NCBI GenBank assembly: GCA_003161635.1
Contig: PMOA01000053.1
Coordinates: 137,402-201,401, forward strand
Direction of reading: 5' to 3'
DNA: 64,000 nucleotides
DNA from: Limisphaerales bacterium
GTDB taxonomy: Bacteria; Verrucomicrobiota; Verrucomicrobiia; Limisphaerales; UBA11358
The position numbers and the translations under genes are program-made. The notes beneath the pieces are model-generated. The model made no database searches. It saw only the letters and a program-made list of their open reading frames with translations, and was not told the origin of the DNA. This document shows positions 11,233 to 19,835 of this stretch, one piece after another (the stretch's first letter is position 1; every line of letters begins with the position of its first letter).

Positions 11233-11303
11233 TTGACGGGAAGATCATTTTCGGCACATTTTTTGACATTTGGCAATTAACAATCAAGATTTGAAATTAA
11301 TTC

Positions 11304-11375
11304 ATGCCGCTTTACGAATACGAACTGTGCGAAGGCGACTGCAAGGTCTGCGGCGGGAAATTCTCCTTAACATAG
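11304..11375 (+). pseudogene. 23-codon remnant of an FmdB-type zinc-ribbon ORF
   Basis: My translation is MPLYEYELCEGDCKVCGGKFSLT*. The MP.YEY..C..C N-terminus of CxxC_CxxC_SSSS proteins is present, but the second Cys pair is missing. Confidence 0.3.
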
Positions 11376-11522
11376 GCATAAAAGGAACGAAAGCAGAGGA
11401 AGATGGTGGTGTGAGCTTGAAAAGGGGAATTTATTGTAACAATGGATTCCTCTTTTTTTAGTCATGACCAGTGCAGAATGGTTTTGACTTTCCCATGCTC
11501 AAACGGCATATAACAGCCCTAT

Positions 11523-11843
11523 ATGATTAATCTAACACCAAACCAATTACGACAAGCCGCTAATCTCAAAGAGAAAATTGCGGCCTTGGAAAAAGAGTTA
11601 AACCAGTTATTCGGTTCAACTGCCAAACCTGTTGCAAGCCCAGCCCCGAAGAAAAGAAGGAAAATGAGTGTTGCGGGTAGAGCAAGACTTGTTGCTGCCC
11701 TAAAAGCGAGATGGGCCAAAGTAAAAGCAGCGAAGTCAGCCAAACCTGCTAAAAAGAAATTTACCATGAGTGCAGCAGCCAGAGCCAAGATCAGTGCTGC
11801 GGCTAAAGCTAGGTGGGCGAAATATAGGGCAGGGAAGAAATAA
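11523..11843 (+). CDS. small basic protein with N-terminal helix and duplicated KMS.AGRA...KARWAK motif (paralogue of 18517..18846)
   Basis: 106 aa, very K/R/A-rich, with two copies of (K)MSxAxRAxxxAAxKARWAK. The paralogue shares the N-terminal LxxxQLRQAAxLKxKI motif. Confidence 0.6.
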   Translation: MINLTPNQLRQAANLKEKIAALEKELNQLFGSTAKPVASPAPKKRRKMSVAGRARLVAALKARWAKVKAAKSAKPAKKKFTMSAAARAKISAAAKARWAKYRAGKK

Positions 11844-11945
11844 CTGGAAACGTTTTGTATCCGTCTGACGGAGCACGTTTAATTTGATATTGGCTTTGTT
11901 TTCTCTATTCATTCAATTTGCTGGTGTCTTAAATAATGATTAAAG

Positions 11946-13511
11946 ATGAAACAAAACATGAACCACACCCCGATCCGGACTGGCGAAAGTTTCGCGCTGC
12001 CACCCGGCAGTTCAAAATTCACGCGGTTGTTTTGGCTTGCAACGGGCAGAACGGTCCTGGTCACCGGCGCGTTTTTGTTGTCAGCTTTGGGCATGATAGC
12101 CGGTCCGCTGACAAACCCAGCCGCGCTAGCTCCTTTGAGCTACAAGGCCGATTGGCGTTGGGTGAAGGGCGCGGTTTTTGTACCGACAAAATATGTGAAC
12201 GAAGCCCAGCAATGGGACGAATACGACCCGGTCATTAATGACCGCGAACTGCATTACGCCTCCATTTACGGGATTAATTGCGTCCGCGTTTATCTGCATT
12301 TTGACATTTACTTGAAAAAGAAGAATGCCTTGCTCAAGGACATCGAGGATTTTCTGACCCGGGCCGACAAATATAGCATCAAGACGGAATTTGTCTTTTT
12401 CGATGATTGCTGGAACCAGCCTGATAAAGACATCCTTTCGGCCGATTATAAATATCCCGCGCCTATTTTTGGCGTGCATAACAGCCGCTGGCTGGTTTCG
12501 CCCGGGGAAAACGTGCGCCAGCATTACGCGGAATACCGGGACCGCCTCAAAGCTTATGTTCAGGACATTGTCAACGCCCACAAGGACGACAAACGGATTG
12601 CTTTCTGGGAGACCTATAATGAACCCAACCAATCGCCGGAAACCCGGCAATTGATGGAGGACGCCTATGATTGGATCCATGAAACCGGCACCACGATTCC
12701 ATTGACGGCGACCGGCCACGACTTGCCTGACAAGGGGTTTTCCGGCGATCCGTATTCGGATTTCAACTCGTGGCACGAATACAGTGGCTATAATTACACC
12801 GGCAAGCCGGATTCTCTTTGCTCCGAATGTATGAACCGCAGCAGCCAGACGGTTCCCGGCATCGTCGAACATTTCAAGAGCAAAACCGGCTTTATCCTCT
12901 GGGAATTCGGCATCGGGCGGGACAACTGCCGTTTCGCTTGGGGAGAAAACCGCAAACAACCGCGCCCGGATGAAACGCCCAAACCGTTCCATGGAATGGT
13001 TTATCCCGATGGCCACCCTTGGTCAGTGGATGATGTCAAGGCGCTGCTCGGAGCGGAAGCTTTCGCGAAGGCACCCTTGTTTGCAGTGGAATATTACAAG
13101 GATTCCAACTTTGCCGAACTAGCCAAAAAATCGGTCGCGCCCATGATTGACTTTGATCTTGGCACGGAACGCGGCACCGGTTCACCCGACGCCTCGGCGG
13201 GTGTGCCGCCTGAAAATTTTTCCGTGCGGTGGAGGGGAGCTATTCTGCCGCCAACCAAAGGAACTTATGTCTTCTATGCCGATAGCGACAACCAGGTAAA
13301 ATTGTTTGTAAATGCCAAATTGGTGTTAAACAAGAAAACCTCCGGCCACGAGGAAATCTCCAAGGAAATCAAACTTGCTGGCGGTCAACCTGCCGAAGTC
13401 AAAATCGAATACGTCCACGCCACCGGCAATCCCACGCTGCACATCTCGTGGTCTGGTCCCGGACTTGACCGACAAATAATGACTCCGATAAACAACGCGA
13501 GCGTCCAATGA
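11946..13511 (+). CDS. clan GH-A (GH5-like) glycoside hydrolase with C-terminal PA14 domain
   Basis: N-terminal TM/signal anchor, FWETYNEPN (NEP acid/base motif), and a C-terminal FSVRWRGAILPPTKGTYVFYADSDNQVKLFVN PA14-like block. Confidence 0.7.
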   Translation: MKQNMNHTPIRTGESFALPPGSSKFTRLFWLATGRTVLVTGAFLLSALGMIAGPLTNPAALAPLSYKADWRWVKGAVFVPTKYVNEAQQWDEYDPVINDRELHYASIYGINCVRVYLHFDIYLKKKNALLKDIEDFLTRADKYSIKTEFVFFDDCWNQPDKDILSADYKYPAPIFGVHNSRWLVSPGENVRQHYAEYRDRLKAYVQDIVNAHKDDKRIAFWETYNEPNQSPETRQLMEDAYDWIHETGTTIPLTATGHDLPDKGFSGDPYSDFNSWHEYSGYNYTGKPDSLCSECMNRSSQTVPGIVEHFKSKTGFILWEFGIGRDNCRFAWGENRKQPRPDETPKPFHGMVYPDGHPWSVDDVKALLGAEAFAKAPLFAVEYYKDSNFAELAKKSVAPMIDFDLGTERGTGSPDASAGVPPENFSVRWRGAILPPTKGTYVFYADSDNQVKLFVNAKLVLNKKTSGHEEISKEIKLAGGQPAEVKIEYVHATGNPTLHISWSGPGLDRQIMTPINNASVQ

Positions 13512-13604
13512 CCGGATAAATTTTCAGCGGCTCATCTCTCGGTTTGTCCAGCACTGATTTATACATTTCATGGCCAGGTCTCGAATCCAGCCACCAATCG
13601 TAAT

Positions 13605-13628
13605 GTTAAGCCTTACAGATTGGAGTGA
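13605..13628. repeat. 24-nt direct repeat copy 1 (GTTAAGCCTTACAGATTGGAGTGA)
   Basis: Matches 14496..14519 at 23 of 24 positions. The two copies bracket the receiver-domain gene. Confidence 0.85.
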
Positions 13629-13676
13629 TCTGAACACGACCAAGGAACAATTGGCGCGCCGATATGAACGTAGAAA

Positions 13677-14216
13677 TTAACCAGCCATACGGAGGAGCAA
13701 GTCGTCCAGTTCTTGTATGCACGGTGGTTTGCCAACCACGGCGTCCACCGCCGAACCCGCGGCTCCGCCTGGTTTCATGTTCTTGCCCTCGCCGGTCAGC
13801 ATGATGATGGGGGTACTCGGGGATTCGGCCTTGATCATCCGGGCCACCAGATACCCATCCATATCCGGCATGCCCAAATCGGTGACGACTATTTTATAAG
13901 GTTCGCTCTTCAGCATGGCGGTGCGGAACAGTTCCACCCCGTACTTTCCCCCAGAGGCAACCCTCACCTGATGCCCTAAATTCGTGAGACAATCCTTCAT
14001 TATTTCCAGGATCTGCTCGTCGTCATCAATGTAAAGGATGCGCAGGGAACGCTTCGGTGGGCTTGGCGCTTTGTCCCCGCCTGTCTGATGGATGGTTTGC
14101 GGAACAGGACGGGAAACTTCCGGCGGTTCTGGCTGCGTATCACGCAGTAGTGCCGAATAGACGGATATGGGAGCCGTGTTCATATTTAAAGCGGTTTGGT
14201 TGGTACGATACTTCAA
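13677..14216 (-). CDS. single-domain response regulator (CheY-like receiver) with about 60-aa N-terminal extension
   Basis: RILYIDDDEQILEIM...VVTDLGMPDMDG...IIMLTGEG are receiver acidic-pocket, phospho-Asp and T/K motifs. No output domain. Confidence 0.8.
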   Translation of the reverse strand: MKYRTNQTALNMNTAPISVYSALLRDTQPEPPEVSRPVPQTIHQTGGDKAPSPPKRSLRILYIDDDEQILEIMKDCLTNLGHQVRVASGGKYGVELFRTAMLKSEPYKIVVTDLGMPDMDGYLVARMIKAESPSTPIIMLTGEGKNMKPGGAAGSAVDAVVGKPPCIQELDDLLLRMAG

Positions 14217-14495
14217 TTTGTTGCTGATGTTAATTCGACGGCGTAAACGGCGTTGCTCTGCTCTCGCACCGGCTAAAAAACCACATCCAGGACTTTTTCA
14301 TAAATATTTTCTGTTTAATCCCCCAAATTCGCACCAAGTCCTCCTTCCAACTGACTTGCCGAACCGTAAGGTTATCTACCAGAAACGGGATAAAATGTAA
14401 TGAAAAGGGATACATTGCTGAATTTGAGGGGTGAATTGTTCCCGGTGAGGGGCGGAATTACGAAGATAATCTCCGTCCTTACTGATCCTGTTTGT

Positions 14496-14519
14496 GTTCA
14501 GCCTTACAGATTGGAGTGA
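14496..14519. repeat. 24-nt direct repeat copy 2 (GTTCAGCCTTACAGATTGGAGTGA)
   Basis: See 13605..13628. Confidence 0.85.
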
Positions 14520-14561
14520 AACGGCGTCAGGCAGGCGGTTGGGGGGAAATGATCGTCAGTT

Positions 14562-14592
14562 AAAAAGAAAAAGGCCGGACACTACTCCGGCC
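14562..14592 (-). terminator. intrinsic terminator-like hairpin (GGCCGGAGTAGTGTCCGGCC plus T-rich tail on the minus strand)
   Basis: 7-bp GC stem, 6-nt loop and a TTTTTCTTTTT tail on the minus strand. Near-identical copy at 53340..53370. Confidence 0.6.
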
Positions 14593-14764
14593 ATTTCTTA
14601 CACACTTTTGAGAACAACTGCTAAAACCGAAACCAGAATACCCGAAACGCCGAATCTTGCATGTCACCAATGCTGGGGACAAGCGGCGCATGTCGTTTAA
14701 GGCCAAATGCCGGGTGAAATGAAAATTTCTTAACGCTTCGGCAGTTCTTGGTTAAGCTGGATGC

Positions 14765-16024
14765 ATGAAATCAATTCTGTTGGCTCTTTTTTTAACTGTC
14801 TGCTCTCTGTTGCTCCCCAATTGTGTGATGGCGTGGAGCGGTCCGGGGCATCTCGTCATTGCGGCAGAAGCTTACCGGGAACTTTCACCGGAATTGAAAA
14901 CCGAGGTGTTTGACGTGTTGAAAACACATCCTGATTTTGCGAAATGGGAAAAAGCCTATCATCCCAATCCGAATATGGATTTGGCGGCATACGTGTTCAT
15001 GCGCAGCAGCACCTGGCCCGATGAAATCAGGAGAAGTGGCAGTCAATACGATCACCCGAATTGGCACTTCATCGATTATCCGTTAAGACCACCCACCTTT
15101 CCCCTCGAACCCGGCCCGAAGCCAACGGATGACGTGCTGTTTGGCCTGGCGCAGTGTGAAAAGATGTTAAGCGACACCAATGCCAGTCTAGAGTTGAGGG
15201 CGGTGTCTTTATCCTGGCTGATCCATTTAGTAGGCGATTTGCATCAACCGTTGCACTGCTCGTCGCTGTTCTCGGACACCTACCCTCATGGCGATAAGGG
15301 GGGCAACGATTTTTATGTAAAGCCGGCTCAGTCAGGGGTTCGCCTGCATAGCATTTGGGATGGTTTGTTAGGGTCGTCCCCCAATCCGCGAACTCAAATG
15401 AATTATGGCATTGAGATCGAGGCAAAATATCCCAGAACCGCATTGCCAGAACTGATCAAGCACCAATCACCTAAAGATTGGAGTTTGGAGAGCCGTGAAC
15501 TGGCTATTGAAAAGGGGTATTTGCGCGGACAATTACAGGGCAGCACCAATGCTGATACGGCCCCAAGTCTGCCTCCTGATTACACGAAGCAGGCTAAACA
15601 GATGGCGGAAAAACAGGCAGCGTTAGCGGGATACCGTTTAGCGGATGAGATTCATAAATATTTGAGGTGTGGCAGCCCGGTCCCCTTGCTTCCTAAAAAC
15701 ACCAACAATGTGGTTCAAAGAGTTCTTCCTGAGAAGATTGGGACTTTGGAGGCCAGCAAATATTACGATGAAACGATGGTGGTGACGGGAAAAGTTGTGC
15801 AGGTAACGGTCAGGCCCAACGTAGCTATTCTGAACCTCGACCAGGCATCACCGAATTCGCCGTTTACTGCCGTGATTTTTCAAGAAAACGTGAGCCAGTT
15901 CGGGGATTTACAGAAACTCAAGAATCAGGCGGTGGAGATCAACGGCACCATCACCGAATATCACGACAAACCCGAAATCATTTTGGAAACCCCTAGCCAG
16001 GTCAAAATGGTAGATGGGAAATGA
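14765..16024 (+). CDS. secreted S1/P1-family nuclease with C-terminal OB-like domain (copy A)
   Basis: Signal peptide, then mature N-terminus WSGPGH. Motifs HPNWHFIDYP, HLVGDLHQPLHC, GGNDFYV, LHSIWDG. The C-terminal roughly 90 aa (VVTGKVVQV...INGTITEYHDKPEI) look like an OB fold. Confidence 0.85.
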   Translation: MKSILLALFLTVCSLLLPNCVMAWSGPGHLVIAAEAYRELSPELKTEVFDVLKTHPDFAKWEKAYHPNPNMDLAAYVFMRSSTWPDEIRRSGSQYDHPNWHFIDYPLRPPTFPLEPGPKPTDDVLFGLAQCEKMLSDTNASLELRAVSLSWLIHLVGDLHQPLHCSSLFSDTYPHGDKGGNDFYVKPAQSGVRLHSIWDGLLGSSPNPRTQMNYGIEIEAKYPRTALPELIKHQSPKDWSLESRELAIEKGYLRGQLQGSTNADTAPSLPPDYTKQAKQMAEKQAALAGYRLADEIHKYLRCGSPVPLLPKNTNNVVQRVLPEKIGTLEASKYYDETMVVTGKVVQVTVRPNVAILNLDQASPNSPFTAVIFQENVSQFGDLQKLKNQAVEINGTITEYHDKPEIILETPSQVKMVDGK

Positions 16025-16089
16025 AGTTGTTGAAGGGGAGATGGAAAAAACTTAGCGCTGGCTGTTTTTTTGCAGTAAATTGCTTTGAT

Positions 16090-17364
16090 ATGAAGGCAAT
16101 TCTAGCAGCCTTGGCTTTGTTCCTTTTGGCTCTGCGCGCTGGTGCCACCATCGACGTCGCCTTGCAGATGCAGCTTGGCAATCCATCCGGCACAATTGCC
16201 GACACGAACAATCACAATCATTATCTGATTCAGCGCACAGTTGAGGCGATTGATTATAGTGACAACTTGGGCGAGCCGGTTTGGGCGAGCTGGGATTTGA
16301 CTTCTGGCGATGTCGGTTCCGCTGCGCGCTCCACCACCTATTTTACGGACACCAACCTGCCACCAAATTTTTACCGGGTGACGGACAATGATTACGTTGG
16401 TGTCGGCGCGATCGATTTTAATCGTGGACATCTTTGTCCTTCCGAGGACCGCACCGACACGCGGCAGGACAATGACACCGTGTTCTTCATGTCCAACATC
16501 ATGCCGCAATCGGGGCCGAACAATCAGGGCGTCTGGGCTAATCTTGAAACCGACTGTCGCACGCTGGCATCGGCTGGCAATGAACTCCTCATCATTTGTG
16601 GACCTAGCGGCTTTGGCGTAAATAAAATCCCAAGCGGCAAGGCATACATCGGCTCAAACGTCTGGAAAATTGTGGTATCGGTTCCGCTGGGCAGCGGCAC
16701 TGCATTAAGCCGTCTGAGAGTCACCAACCGCGTGATTGCCGTTTCCATTCCGAACATAACGAATGGATTGAGCAGTTCATGGCAGACTTATGTGACTTCG
16801 CCCCGACAGATTGAGCAGAACACGGGCTTTACTTTTTTCAGCGCCGTTCCTGCCAACATAGCGGCTGTGTTTCGCGCAAAGGTGGACGGCTGGCCGGCTC
16901 CTGGCATCACCAACGTCTCACCTGGCAGCGGCAGTGTGGGTAACAGCGTGGTCATCAAGGGAACAAACTTTACCGGGGCTTCCGTGGTGTGGTTCAACGG
17001 CACCAATGCCGCCTTTACGCTCAATTCCGGCAATCAGATTACCGCCACAGTTCCAGCCAACGCGATGTCGGGGCCAGTTTCCGTGATTGCTCCTGGTGGG
17101 CTGGCCGTGAGCGCGGGTAATTTTACTGTGATCAATCCCGCCATTGCGCCGTCATTCTCGTTGCTCACGTTCACAAACAATCAATTTCAATTCACCGTCA
17201 CCGGCACAGCGGGCTCAAATTATGTGGTGCAGGCAACCACCAATTTGACCGCACCGGACTCGGACTGGACGCCGTTAAAAACAAATGCCGCTCCGTTCGT
17301 ATTTATTCAATTCAATGCGAATTTGTTCAATCAACGGTTTTATCGTGCAGTGCTGAATCCGTAA
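16090..17364 (+). CDS. secreted DNA/RNA non-specific endonuclease (EndoG/NucA family) with IPT/TIG and C-terminal beta-sandwich domains
   Basis: Signal peptide MKAILAALALFLLALRAGA, catalytic NRGHLCPSEDR ... FFMSNIMPQ, and TIG-like ITNVSPGSGSVGNSVVIKGTNFTGA. The track ORF starts at 16021 (ATGA overlap with the S1/P1 stop); the ATG at 16090 gives the signal peptide. Confidence 0.8.
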   Translation: MKAILAALALFLLALRAGATIDVALQMQLGNPSGTIADTNNHNHYLIQRTVEAIDYSDNLGEPVWASWDLTSGDVGSAARSTTYFTDTNLPPNFYRVTDNDYVGVGAIDFNRGHLCPSEDRTDTRQDNDTVFFMSNIMPQSGPNNQGVWANLETDCRTLASAGNELLIICGPSGFGVNKIPSGKAYIGSNVWKIVVSVPLGSGTALSRLRVTNRVIAVSIPNITNGLSSSWQTYVTSPRQIEQNTGFTFFSAVPANIAAVFRAKVDGWPAPGITNVSPGSGSVGNSVVIKGTNFTGASVVWFNGTNAAFTLNSGNQITATVPANAMSGPVSVIAPGGLAVSAGNFTVINPAIAPSFSLLTFTNNQFQFTVTGTAGSNYVVQATTNLTAPDSDWTPLKTNAAPFVFIQFNANLFNQRFYRAVLNP

Positions 17365-17475
17365 AACCAGCCGCCCCCGCTACCGTTCAAAAACCCGGCG
17401 CGGAGGAGGAGGTTCCGCCCAAGGCAACGCACGCAGAGTGGATTCTCTAGTCCTTATCCATTAACGTCGTGTCGC

Positions 17476-17949
17476 ATGACGTGTGAGATCGAGAAGATTG
17501 TCAGCGGCGGTCAGACCGGCGCTGACCGGGCCGCGCTGGATTGGGCCATTGAGCACAGCATCCCACACGGAGGCTGGTGTCCTAAGGGTCGCTGGGCCGA
17601 GGACGGACCAATTGCTGGCCGGGACCAGTTGCAGGAGACACCCACCGCGAACTATGTCCAGCGCACGGAATGGAATGCCCGGGATTCCGATGGCACAGTT
17701 GTCCTTTCTATAGGCGAGGTGCTGACGGGCGGCTCCCGGAAAACCGTTGAGCTTGCCCGGAAACACGGAAGGCCGGTGCTCCACCTTTCTAAGGCAGGCG
17801 GGGTTGCCGCCGCCGAAGCGGCCCTCCGGCGCTTCATCGGGGAACACGCCATCAAGGTGCTCAACGTTGCCGGGCCGCGAGCCTCGAAGGAGCCGGCGGT
17901 CGGGGCGTTCGTCAAAGAGGTTCTGGACAGAACATGGCCGTCACCATGA
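17476..17949 (+). CDS. SLOG-superfamily protein (putative molybdenum-carrier / YpsA-like family)
   Basis: IVSGGQTGADRAALDWAIEHSIPHGGWCPKGRWAEDGPI...ETPTANYVQRTEWNARDSDGTVV...LTGGS matches my memory of the MoCo_carrier-type SLOG signature. Confidence 0.6.
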   Translation: MTCEIEKIVSGGQTGADRAALDWAIEHSIPHGGWCPKGRWAEDGPIAGRDQLQETPTANYVQRTEWNARDSDGTVVLSIGEVLTGGSRKTVELARKHGRPVLHLSKAGGVAAAEAALRRFIGEHAIKVLNVAGPRASKEPAVGAFVKEVLDRTWPSP

Positions 17950-18458
17950 AACCGCTTGAACCACCCGACAGCCACCACCTTCAGGCCGCGCAGGGCTGGT
18001 GTGAGCTTGGGAATCATTTGGAAGCCAACGATGAACTGGAACGAATCACGCCGCAGCTTCGCGCCCACCCGGACGTGCTGGAAGTCCGCTGGCACATTTA
18101 TGCCCACGCCAAGAAGTGGGATGCGTGTGTGGACATCGCCTCGGCCATTGTAAAACTGGCCCCGGAAAGTTCGTTCGGTTGGATTCAACGCTCTTTTGCT
18201 TTACACGAGTTAAAGCGCACGCAGGAAGCATTCGATCAACTGCTGCCCGTGACGGAAATGTTTCCCAAGGTGTGGACGATTCCGTATAACCTCGCGTGCT
18301 ACTGCGCCCAACTGGGGCGGCTGGACGAAAGTCAGGCATGGTTCAAGAATGCAATGGCCAGCGACGAACATACCGTGAAGGGTGTGGCACTTGATGATCC
18401 TGATCTGAAACCGCTCTGGGACAGCATGAGCGGAACGATGTGGAAGCGTACCGAGTAG
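17934..18458 (+). CDS. TPR-like helical repeat protein (paralogue of 42541..43062)
   Basis: 174 aa, overlaps the SLOG gene end by 16 nt. Shared blocks with the paralogue: ITPQLR.HPDVLE.RW.IYA..KKW.AC, YNLACYC.QLG.L.ES.AWF, D.DL.PLW. Confidence 0.6.
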   Translation: MAVTMKPLEPPDSHHLQAAQGWCELGNHLEANDELERITPQLRAHPDVLEVRWHIYAHAKKWDACVDIASAIVKLAPESSFGWIQRSFALHELKRTQEAFDQLLPVTEMFPKVWTIPYNLACYCAQLGRLDESQAWFKNAMASDEHTVKGVALDDPDLKPLWDSMSGTMWKRTE

Positions 18459-18516
18459 TCTGCACAGTCCGCTCCGCTTGCTTGACTTTCTATTTTAGAT
18501 ATCTTCAATTGCTTAC

Positions 18517-18846
18517 ATGTTAAACCTAAGTTCAAAACAGTTACGTCAGGCGGCTGACCTCAAGGATAAAATCGAGTCACTCCAGAAGGAATTGGGTCGG
18601 ATTGTGGAATCGCCAACACAGACTCAAACCGGTGCCGCTCCGAAAAGAAAGATGAGCGCCGCTGGAAGGGCTAAAATCGCCGCAGCGGCGAAAGCGCGCT
18701 GGGCGAAGGTCAAGGGGCTAAAGTCATCCGTGAAGCCGGTGAAGAAGGCCAGACGCAAGATGAGTGCAGCCGCGAGAGCGAAAATTGCGGCGGCAGCCAA
18801 GGCGCGCTGGAAGAAGGCCAAGGCTCAAGGCAAAAACACCCTGTAA
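18517..18846 (+). CDS. small basic protein, paralogue of 11523..11843
   Basis: 109 aa. MLNLSSKQLRQAADLKDKIESLQKEL plus two copies of KMSAAxRAKIAAAAKARWxK. Confidence 0.6.
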   Translation: MLNLSSKQLRQAADLKDKIESLQKELGRIVESPTQTQTGAAPKRKMSAAGRAKIAAAAKARWAKVKGLKSSVKPVKKARRKMSAAARAKIAAAAKARWKKAKAQGKNTL

Positions 18847-18890
18847 CAAAATCGTAACGTCAAGCGGCGTGGGGATACTATAGTCCTGCT

Positions 18891-19835
18891 GTGCCTTTTG
18901 ACCGAGAGAAAATGAAGCAGAAGGCGGCGGCACTTGCCGCCAGCGGCGTGTTTATCGGCACGTCGAGCTGGAAATACGAGGGCTGGTTTGGGCAGCTCTA
19001 CACCCCCGAGCGTTATGAGTATCGGGGCAAGGTCGCCAAGACCCGCTTCGAGCGGGCATGTCTCAGTGAATACGCCGAGGTTTTCAAAACAGTCTGCGTT
19101 GATGCAGCATATTACACGTTTCCATCGCAAAAATATCTCGAAGGTTTGACATCGCAGGTGCCGTCCGATTTCCAGTTTGGCTTCAAGGTCACCGATGAAA
19201 TCACCATCAAGAAATTCCCGAATCTGGCCCGATTCGGCCATCGCGCGGGCCAACCGAACGAACATTTTCTCAATGCCAAATTGTTTGCGGATGCTTTCCT
19301 CCGACCCTGCGAACCTCATCGACGGAACATTGGCCTGCTGATGTTCGAGTTTTCCCGTTTCTACCCGACCGACTACGAACACGGCCGGGACTTCGTGGCG
19401 GACTTGGACAAATTTCTCGGCCAACTGCCCAAGGGCTGGCCTTATGCCATCGAAATGAGGAACAAACAGTGGCTGCAGTCGGATTATTTCGCGTGTCTCG
19501 CCAGCCATGAAGTTGCACACGTGCTGAATTCCTGGAACGCCATGCCCTCCGTGAGCGAGCAAATGGCGATCGCCGGCAGCCGGCCAAATCCAAATCTCTG
19601 CGCAGCGAGATTTCTGCTCAAGCCCGGCCGCAATTACGCCGAGGCGGTAAAATCATTTCTACCTTACGATCGCGTGAAAGACGTTTACCCTGAGGCGCGA
19701 GCCGCAGGCAAAAAGCTGATCGCCGAGGGCAAACAGGCCGGAGGCAAAAAGAAAACCTTCATCTACGTGAACAATCGGCTTGAGGGCAACGCGCTAGAAA
19801 CCATTGATGCGATGCTGGATGCAGAAGCTTCATGA
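18891..19835 (+). CDS. DUF72 (UPF0759) family protein
   Basis: IGTSSWKYEGWFGQLYTPE N-terminal signature and overall length typical of DUF72. Confidence 0.75.
   Translation: MPFDREKMKQKAAALAASGVFIGTSSWKYEGWFGQLYTPERYEYRGKVAKTRFERACLSEYAEVFKTVCVDAAYYTFPSQKYLEGLTSQVPSDFQFGFKVTDEITIKKFPNLARFGHRAGQPNEHFLNAKLFADAFLRPCEPHRRNIGLLMFEFSRFYPTDYEHGRDFVADLDKFLGQLPKGWPYAIEMRNKQWLQSDYFACLASHEVAHVLNSWNAMPSVSEQMAIAGSRPNPNLCAARFLLKPGRNYAEAVKSFLPYDRVKDVYPEARAAGKKLIAEGKQAGGKKKTFIYVNNRLEGNALETIDAMLDAEAS

Noticed and set aside
13570-13600. tRNA-like 3' end (GTCTCGAATCCAGCCACCA)
   Set aside because: There is no room for a T stem plus a 7-nt acceptor strand, and the stems do not pair.
14600-14730. 43-codon minus-strand ORF (MRRLSPALVTCKIRRF...)
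   Set aside because: It reads straight through the terminator hairpin and U-tail. The locus-B counterpart (MRRRSQQKVRSSAATRR) is not homologous beyond MRR.
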